Positions 7,118 to 13,287 of a stretch of DNA of 13,287 bases are shown piece after piece. The position numbers and the translations under genes were made by a program. Source of the stretch: Promethearchaeota archaeon (GTDB lineage Archaea > Asgardarchaeota > Lokiarchaeia > Sigyniarchaeales > SOKP01); assembly GCA_048941265.1 (NCBI GenBank), contig JBHLNT010000116.1, forward strand, positions 1 to 13,287, in the 5' to 3' direction. The notes under the pieces are model-generated. The model searched no databases and had not been told where the DNA came from. It saw nothing but the letters and a program-made list of their open reading frames with translations. The first letter of the stretch is position 1. Each line of letters starts with the position of its first letter.

Positions 7118-9580
7118 ATGGTTAATCATAATAAAAATCCCAAATACCCTTATTTAGATTCGGCTCAACCTATTGACAAGCGGGTTGAAGATCTCATTTC
7201 GAGGATGACAGTGGAGGAAAAAGTGGCTCAACTCGGTTCTACTTTTCCCTTTAGTTTTATGCAAGGAAACGAGCTCGCACCAGAAAAAATGAAAAAGCTT
7301 TTTAAAAACGGAATTGGGCAGATTACCCGTCTTGGAGGGGTTACGAATTTATCCCCTGAAATAACTGCTAAACTTGCAAATAGAATTCAAAAATTTTTAA
7401 AGGAAGAAACACACTTAGGGATTCCTGTCATAATTCATGAAGAATGTCTATGTGGGTATATGGCGAAAGACGCCACCATTTTTCCGCAAATTATAGGAGT
7501 AGCATCTACTTGGGATCCTGATTTGGTTGAATTAATGACCAAAAAAATCAAAGATCAAATGCGTATTGTAGGAGCACACCAAGGACTTTCACCTGTCCTC
7601 GATATTGCTCGAGATCCACGATGGGGGCGTACTGAAGAAACCTTCGGAGAAGACCCCTATCTCGTGTCATGTATGGGGCATGCCTATGTAAAAGGTCTTC
7701 AAGGAGACTCATTGAATAGTGGAATTATAGCCACAGCGAAACATTTCGTAGGCTATGGATTATCACAAGGAGGGATGAATTGGGCCCCTACCTATATTCC
7801 TAAGAGGGAATTACTGGATGTCTACACGAAACCTTTCGAGGCTGCAATCCGTGAATCCAACTTGGCCTCTGTAATGAATGCTTATAGTGAAATAGATGGA
7901 TTACCCTGTGGCTTTTCACGGGAAATTTTAACTGAATTGTTACGAGACAAACTTGGTTTTAGAGGGATGGTAGTATCGGATTATGCAACTATTGAATTAA
8001 ATTCCAGAATTCATGGAATTGAACATGATCCTACTAACGCTGCTATACGTGCCATTAAAGCAGGTCTTGATGCCGAACTTCCAAGAACAGCAGGTTATGG
8101 TAAAAGATTCGTAAGGGCAGTTAAAAGAGGAGAAGTGAGTGAAGAGGTGTTAGACCGTTCAGTTCATCGTATTCTAACAAAGAAATTTGAACTTGGCTTA
8201 TTTGAAAATCCGTATGTTGATGAGGATGCTGATAAAATTACTGAATTATATAACAACCCTGAAAATAAGAAGTTGGCAAGCGAAATTGCCCGAAAATCTA
8301 TCATCTTATTAAAGAATGAAAAAAATCTTTTACCTTTGGATAAATCGATTAGCACGATTGCGGTTATTGGTCCAAATGCTAATAGCGTGCGTAATTTACT
8401 GGGTGATTACACTTTTATAAGTCAATTGGAAGCTACGGCAACAAATGCAACGGGGCTTAGAGAACTGGGGGAAGACTCTCTGAAAGTTTTAAAAGAGATT
8501 ACGGAAAGTAAAGATCCTGATGCTTTTACAAGGAGATTATATGATATCAAGAGCATTTTAGATGCTATAAAAGAAAAAGTCTCAAAGTCGACTAATGTTA
8601 AATATGCCAAAGGATGTGGAATTAGAGGATTTGACAAAAGTGGCTTTGATGAGGCAATAAATATTGCAGAACGTTCTGATTTAGTGATTTTAGTAGTAGG
8701 TGAAAAAGCCGGATTAACACTAGATTGTACGAGCGGGGAATCACGCGATCGTACAACGCTTTCTTTGCCAGGCGTTCAAGAAGACTTAGTACGGGTCATC
8801 CATGCTACAGGGAAACCCATAATCCTAGTATTAATTAACGGTCGTCCTCTTTCTCTTCCCTGGGAACAGGAACATATTCCCGCTATAATAGAGGCATGGT
8901 TACCAGGGGAAGAAGGAGCAGGAGCAATTGCTGATGTGTTGTTTGGTGTTTATAATCCCGGGGGAAAATTACCTATTTCAATTCCACGGAATGTAGGTCA
9001 AATTCCAATATTCCATAATCATAAGCCGAGTGGCACAACTTCCATTTGGACATGGAATTATGTGGATATAAATACGACACCTCTTTATCCATTTGGTTAC
9101 GGCCTCAGTTATACAAATTTTGAATACAGTGATTTACATATCGACAAACCTAAAGTTGATTCAAGGGATGCGGTTCAGATCTCATGCAAGGTGAAAAATA
9201 CCGGTAAAGTTCACGGAGATGAAGTTATACAATTATATTTACACGATCGAGAAGCTCATATCACTCGACCAGTGGAAGAATTATTCGGATTTAAACGGAT
9301 AGTTTTAGATCCTGGAGAAGTGGCCATAATAACATTCACGATATCAATGCAGCAGCTCGGATTTCATAATGAGCAAATGAACTATATCGTTGAACCAGGT
9401 AAAATTGATGTGTATATCGGAAGTATTAATTCAATGCATGGACCTGAAGTTCTTAGTTTAGATCAACTTATTTCCAAAAAGGATATGAAGTTAAAAGGAC
9501 AGTTTGAAATTATAGGAGATACAATAGATTTAAGCCAACACAAACAATTTTTTACTAAAATTACGGTAAAAAAAAATTAA
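7118..9580 (+). CDS. Glycoside hydrolase family 3 (beta-glucosidase/beta-xylosidase, BglX-like) with C-terminal Fn3-like domain
   Basis: Motifs RDPRWGRTEETFGEDP, AKHF, VMNAYS, nucleophile region VVSDY, SIILLKN, acid/base region SGESRDR, NPGGKLP, PLYPFGYGLSYT and GDEVIQLY. No hydrophobic signal peptide, so probably cytoplasmic. Confidence 0.96.
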   Translation: MVNHNKNPKYPYLDSAQPIDKRVEDLISRMTVEEKVAQLGSTFPFSFMQGNELAPEKMKKLFKNGIGQITRLGGVTNLSPEITAKLANRIQKFLKEETHLGIPVIIHEECLCGYMAKDATIFPQIIGVASTWDPDLVELMTKKIKDQMRIVGAHQGLSPVLDIARDPRWGRTEETFGEDPYLVSCMGHAYVKGLQGDSLNSGIIATAKHFVGYGLSQGGMNWAPTYIPKRELLDVYTKPFEAAIRESNLASVMNAYSEIDGLPCGFSREILTELLRDKLGFRGMVVSDYATIELNSRIHGIEHDPTNAAIRAIKAGLDAELPRTAGYGKRFVRAVKRGEVSEEVLDRSVHRILTKKFELGLFENPYVDEDADKITELYNNPENKKLASEIARKSIILLKNEKNLLPLDKSISTIAVIGPNANSVRNLLGDYTFISQLEATATNATGLRELGEDSLKVLKEITESKDPDAFTRRLYDIKSILDAIKEKVSKSTNVKYAKGCGIRGFDKSGFDEAINIAERSDLVILVVGEKAGLTLDCTSGESRDRTTLSLPGVQEDLVRVIHATGKPIILVLINGRPLSLPWEQEHIPAIIEAWLPGEEGAGAIADVLFGVYNPGGKLPISIPRNVGQIPIFHNHKPSGTTSIWTWNYVDINTTPLYPFGYGLSYTNFEYSDLHIDKPKVDSRDAVQISCKVKNTGKVHGDEVIQLYLHDREAHITRPVEELFGFKRIVLDPGEVAIITFTISMQQLGFHNEQMNYIVEPGKIDVYIGSINSMHGPEVLSLDQLISKKDMKLKGQFEIIGDTIDLSQHKQFFTKITVKKN

Positions 9581-9731
9581 TTTAGAATAAACAGTGGATT
9601 TCATAAATAATCATTGATTATGATATATTATCTTTAAATAAATGAAAATCTAAATATAAAATAATTAATAAGTAACAATAATAAAGAAAAAATCTTTATT
9701 GAAAATATATCTCTAAAAAATTAAGAAATTG

Positions 9732-10169
9732 ATGAAAATGACGGAAGAAACACAAAAAGAGAAGAAAGTGAGGCTTAAAGGCTTTCCAATGGTTATTGGT
9801 AATATCATTAATTCTGTCAGAGATACACCCGCATGCAAAGATTTAATAAGAGGAATGAGAACGAGGGTTCTTTTTAATAATAAAGAAGATAAAAGATGGG
9901 CATGTTTAGTCACAGTGGATAAAGACCAAATTAAAGTCGAAGGTGTAAGAAAAGAAGGCAAAGATTCTCTAAGTAGGAAAAAACTCTTCTTTTGGGGCTA
10001 CTGGGAATTTCCAAATCTCGAAACAATGATGAAAGCCAGTTCTTGGGGATCTGGTAAATGGATTAGGAAGATGGGTAGTGGTAAAGTAAAGGGAGCTTCG
10101 CAAATCGCATTAATTGGACAAATTTTAGCTTTAGCAAGACCTCCAGAACCTCCTGAAGAAAATAAATAA
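9732..10169 (+). CDS. Hypothetical ~145-aa protein, possibly a divergent SCP2 sterol/lipid-binding fold
   Basis: Size and apparent helix-strands-helix pattern ending in a 'GKVKG' segment resemble the SCP2 'GKLKVxG' end motif. The fold call is by eye and tentative. Start may be TTG 9729, ATG 9732 or ATG 9738. Confidence 0.55.
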   Translation: MKMTEETQKEKKVRLKGFPMVIGNIINSVRDTPACKDLIRGMRTRVLFNNKEDKRWACLVTVDKDQIKVEGVRKEGKDSLSRKKLFFWGYWEFPNLETMMKASSWGSGKWIRKMGSGKVKGASQIALIGQILALARPPEPPEENK

Positions 10170-10191
10170 GCACTAACTTTTATATAAGGAA

Positions 10192-10225
10192 TTTTTTTCC
10201 CAATTTTTTATTTTTAATTTTTTTT
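10192..10225 (+). terminator. T-rich tract, candidate terminator
   Basis: Several T5-T8 runs 20-55 nt after the stop at 10169. Confidence 0.4.
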
Positions 10226-10319
10226 AAATTTTAATGATATTTAGAGAATTTAGTTTTAAATATACATTTCATTTTATTTATCAATAGTATTTAGATAATG
10301 AATTAAATTTAATGGATTA

Positions 10320-11873
10320 ATGAAAGTTTTAATAATCGGATCTGGTTTGTCTGGACTTACTTCTGCAGCCTTATTAGCCAAAGAGGGCCATGATGTTATA
10401 GTCTTTGAACAGCATGAAAAAGTTGGAGGTGTAACTGCGACACTTATGCAGGATGGATATAAATGGGATTGGGGTCAAATGTTAATTCCAGATTTAAGTT
10501 TTGGTGAGCCAGGTAGAGCTGTTCTCGAAAAACTAGGCATTTCTGATAAAGTGAATACAATAAAAGGTTATCGAGAAATTTTTTTTCCCGATTTTTACAT
10601 AAGAAGACCAGAAAAGTTTAAAGGGATCTATTGGCGTAAAGAATACTTTAAGAAGTTATTTCCGGAAGATTCAAAAGGTATACAACGATATTATAAAATT
10701 TATGAACGAATCCATGACCTATCGGGTCTACTTAATAAATCTGGATTGTTCTCAAAAATAAAACTGTTATTAAAATTCATTCCAGTAATGGGTAAGAAAA
10801 ACTGGAGTGCTCAAAAACTTATGGATTACTGTTTTTCAAACAAAAAACTTCAAGCTGTTTTTAGTGGTATTCTTGCTGATTATGTGGCCCCACCAGAAAT
10901 TTTTCCAGGATTAATTATCCCAATTATTAATGCGGAGTCTCAATATGACGAAAGAGTGCCACTTAACTATGGAGAGCACGAGCATAAATCATCCTGGTGT
11001 TTTATAGAAAATGGATGCATAGAGTTAGTAAATGCTATAGCTGAAGCATTGATAAGATTTGGTGGCAGGATTATAACAAATATTGCAGTTTTAAAAATTT
11101 TGATTCAAGACAATAAAGTGAAAAACATTCTTACTTCTGATAGAAAAATGTATAAAGCTGATGCAATAGTAGCTAGTGGCGGGGCTAAAGAACTGTTTTT
11201 AGATCTTATTGGAGAAAAACAGCTTCCCAAAGATTTTCTAAAAACATATATTAATGAATTATTTACAACGGAGTCTGTATTTATGGTACATTTGGGCGTT
11301 GATTATGACCCTTCTGTGCATCAGAATAATGCGGCTCTATGCTATTATTATTTAACTTATGATATTAACGAAAGTATAAAAGAATGTCAAAAAGGAATTT
11401 ATCATGAGGGAAAGGATGGTTTTTTAATATATATCCCCTCAGTTCATTCACCAGACATGGCACCTCCTGGACATCATGCGGTAACTGTATATACAATTGC
11501 ACCGAATACTCCTATTAATGGAAATTGGGATGAAAATAAAGAAGAATGGGCTGAGAAACTTCTTGAAATTGTGGAAAAATATGTTCCTGGATTGCGAGAA
11601 CATACTAAAATAAAGATTATTTTGACTCCTGAAGATTTTAAAAAAAGAACTTATCTGAAACATCATGCTTTCGGCGGTTCGGTCCCTCATTTAACGATAC
11701 CTCCACCGCCACATAAAACTCCCATCAAAGGACTCTGGTTCGTAGGTGCTCAAAGCGAAACTTATGGTGGGGTCATAGGAGCAATAACTGGAGCCGATAA
11801 TGTTGTTAAAATGATGTTAAAAGATAAAGCATCGAAAAAAACCACGCAAACTTTCAAAAGTTTTTCTAAGTAA
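10320..11873 (+). CDS. Phytoene desaturase (CrtI)/carotenoid isomerase/retinol saturase-family FAD-dependent oxidoreductase
   Basis: N-terminal Rossmann motif VLIIGSGLSGLTSAALLAKEGHDVIVFE...VGG, SVFMVHLG, PSVHSPDMAPPG, LTPEDF, and C-terminal TPIKGLWFVG...GGVIGA. Substrate cannot be assigned from sequence. Confidence 0.9.
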   Translation: MKVLIIGSGLSGLTSAALLAKEGHDVIVFEQHEKVGGVTATLMQDGYKWDWGQMLIPDLSFGEPGRAVLEKLGISDKVNTIKGYREIFFPDFYIRRPEKFKGIYWRKEYFKKLFPEDSKGIQRYYKIYERIHDLSGLLNKSGLFSKIKLLLKFIPVMGKKNWSAQKLMDYCFSNKKLQAVFSGILADYVAPPEIFPGLIIPIINAESQYDERVPLNYGEHEHKSSWCFIENGCIELVNAIAEALIRFGGRIITNIAVLKILIQDNKVKNILTSDRKMYKADAIVASGGAKELFLDLIGEKQLPKDFLKTYINELFTTESVFMVHLGVDYDPSVHQNNAALCYYYLTYDINESIKECQKGIYHEGKDGFLIYIPSVHSPDMAPPGHHAVTVYTIAPNTPINGNWDENKEEWAEKLLEIVEKYVPGLREHTKIKIILTPEDFKKRTYLKHHAFGGSVPHLTIPPPPHKTPIKGLWFVGAQSETYGGVIGAITGADNVVKMMLKDKASKKTTQTFKSFSK

Positions 11874-11944
11874 TAAATTTAAAATCTATAATAGTAGAAA
11901 TATAACATATGAAAAAAAAATAATAATTAAAGAGGAAAGAAAAT

Positions 11945-12781
11945 ATGAGTTTAAATTACGATTTGGAAACAACTACTCCCCATACAGTTGCGAATACTAC
12001 CGGTATAGGTCGTGGAAATGCCGGAGCGGTTTCTTTACGAAATTTTACAATTGCTATAGATTCTACAATATATGCTAAAACAGCCCTCATTTTTCGTCAG
12101 AATCTAGAAAAATATTTTAATTTGCCAATTAAATTTCTTATTTTTACTCACTATCATGCAGATCATATCTTTGGAATCGGTCCATTTAGAGATATCATAA
12201 CAATTAGTAGTGAGCAAATGATAAGAAATATGAATTCAAAGAATATCAAAGAACAATATAATTTACGGGTTAAGCAATTTCCAAAAGAAGATCCCTTAGC
12301 AGAAGGCGTAGAGTTTGAGCTACCTCACATTGGATTTCATGATAAATTAATAATTCATGATGAAGATTTATTCATCGAAATATTGCATTTAGGGGGGCAT
12401 ACTTCTGGAACCAGTATTATATATTTTCCATATGAAAAAGTTATATTTGCAGGAGATTTAATTTTTGCAAACTATTTTCCTTATGCGGGTGATCCGACAT
12501 GCAATCCAGAAAAGTATATTGAAGCACTTCGAATTATGAAAAATTTAAATGCTGAATTAATTATACCCGGTCATGGAAAGGTGTTAAAAGGAAAAAATTC
12601 TCTCGATATTTACATTGATTTTTTCAAAGAATTTCGAAAATCAATAAAGAATGCTATCGAGGATAATATTCCTCTTGATAAAATTGATATTCCTCATAAA
12701 TTTGAGGTATTTCGTGATGATATGAAAAAATCCTCAATAGAACACTGGTATAAGTTCTTTAAAAAATCAGAAAATTTATGA
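11945..12781 (+). CDS. MBL-fold metallo-hydrolase (cyclase/glyoxalase II-like)
   Basis: HxHxDH motif THYHADH, plus GGHTSG, FAGDL and IPGHG. AGAGGA lies upstream. Ends in TGA at 12779-12781. Confidence 0.92.
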   Translation: MSLNYDLETTTPHTVANTTGIGRGNAGAVSLRNFTIAIDSTIYAKTALIFRQNLEKYFNLPIKFLIFTHYHADHIFGIGPFRDIITISSEQMIRNMNSKNIKEQYNLRVKQFPKEDPLAEGVEFELPHIGFHDKLIIHDEDLFIEILHLGGHTSGTSIIYFPYEKVIFAGDLIFANYFPYAGDPTCNPEKYIEALRIMKNLNAELIIPGHGKVLKGKNSLDIYIDFFKEFRKSIKNAIEDNIPLDKIDIPHKFEVFRDDMKKSSIEHWYKFFKKSENL

Positions 12782-12919
12782 CAGAACTCAGGAGAAAAAT
12801 CGACGAGGAAGAGGGCGTTGGAGGAGGCTTCCAAATTAATTAAAAAGGTTCCGTTGAGACCTATAAATAAAAATCTTCTCAATGAATTAAATAAAATATC
12901 ATCATCTAATCTAAAATAA
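12782..12919 (+). pseudogene. Probable C-terminal remnant of an MttB-family methyltransferase, in frame after the MBL TGA
   Basis: Hand translation gives 45 sense codons, QNSGEKSTRKRALEEASKLIKKVPLRPINKNLLNELNKISSSNLK, then TAA at 12917-12919. This resembles the MttB end pattern W-x3-G-x-K-x4-RA...P...EL-x2-I as recalled, not searched. Confidence 0.5.
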
Positions 12920-12928
12920 ATTCTCTGT

Positions 12929-12945
12929 AAAAGTATTTATATAAA
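12929..12945 (+). promoter_or_regulatory. Candidate archaeal BRE/TATA promoter for the mttB-like gene
   Basis: AAAAG-TA-TTTATATA, with TTTATATA at 12936-12943 ending 27 nt before ATG 12971. No Shine-Dalgarno motif is visible, consistent with a leaderless or short-leader transcript. Confidence 0.5.
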
Positions 12946-12970
12946 TTTACACGATATTTCTATATTAATT

Positions 12971-13287
12971 ATGTTATCGAAAATCCTCACGAACCAACAA
13001 ATTATTCAAATCCACCAAGCATCGCTTGAAATTTTAGAAAGAATAGGAGTAAGAATCCCCCATGATGAAATTTTATCTCGGTTTAAAAACTATGGAGCTT
13101 CAGTAGAAATAAAGGAGCAAAAAGTGCAAATACCATCGGAGTTGGCGACAGAACTTATCGCAAAAGCAGGTAAGAAATTTGACTTGTATGGGCGCGATCT
13201 TACTGTAAAGGCTGAGTTTGGGGCAGGTAAGAGGAATTATAACACTACTGCTGGTCAAGCGTTCTGGATCGATAATATTGGGGATAA
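12971..13287 (+). CDS. mttB: Trimethylamine methyltransferase (MttB) superfamily corrinoid-dependent methyltransferase, N-terminal part (runs off the window)
   Basis: Not in the ORF track. Hand translation gives 105 stop-free codons: MLSKILTNQQIIQIHQASLEILERIGVRIPHDEILSRFKNYGASVEIKEQKVQIPSELATELIAKAGKKFDLYGRD... This matches the MttB N-terminal pattern IH-x-ASL-x-ILE-x2-GV...GA-x-V...V-x-IP...F-x-LY-x-RD. Confidence 0.88.
   Translation, partial: MLSKILTNQQIIQIHQASLEILERIGVRIPHDEILSRFKNYGASVEIKEQKVQIPSELATELIAKAGKKFDLYGRDLTVKAEFGAGKRNYNTTAGQAFWIDNIGD

Noticed and set aside
8164-8637. Two short - strand ORFs (63 aa and 71 aa)
   Set aside because: Antisense shadows within the GH3 gene.
9713-9961. 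82-aa - strand ORF
   Set aside because: Antisense to the SCP2-like gene, no motifs.
5116-10176. 11-mer ATAAGCACTAA found at both 5116-5126 and 10166-10176, each near a gene end
   Set aside because: Repeated 11-mers are expected by chance in 13 kb of AT-rich DNA, and the flanks do not extend the match.
11448-11690. 80-aa - strand ORF
   Set aside because: Antisense shadow within the CrtI-family gene.
10320-11873. Calling this gene crtI and inferring carotenoid biosynthesis
   Set aside because: The family includes isomerases and saturases, and no crtB or crtE is present in the window.
12694-12882. 62-aa - strand ORF
   Set aside because: Antisense to the MBL 3' end and the MttB-like remnant, TTG start, no motifs.
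12779-12970. Selenocysteine as the specific reading of the MBL TGA
   Set aside because: The position appears to align with Trp rather than a catalytic Cys, there is no redox motif, and no SECIS-like stem was seen downstream. Kept only as a minor alternative in the finding.

Overview
AT-rich, mostly coding window that looks archaeal and most likely Asgard/Lokiarchaeia-like. That placement is inferred from GGTGA-type ribosome-binding motifs, oligo-T tracts after genes, a TATA-like box and the gene content; it is not proven. Left to right: the C-terminal part of an HdrA-family flavin/Fe-S protein cut by the window edge; a convergent 677-aa orphan with ER/K-rich helical repeats at both ends; a divergent metallophosphoesterase; a small acidic hypothetical protein; then co-oriented genes for a FabK/nitronate monooxygenase-family flavoprotein, a GH3 beta-glycosidase, an SCP2-like protein, a CrtI/phytoene desaturase-family oxidoreductase and an MBL-fold hydrolase. 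The window ends in the 5' part of an MttB-family methyltransferase gene that the ORF track missed (12971 to the edge). Most notable: the MBL gene's TGA stop is followed in frame by 45 sense codons resembling an MttB C-terminus, with the TGA where a Trp is expected, directly upstream of the mttB-like start. No rRNA, tRNA, CRISPR array or transposase was recognised.
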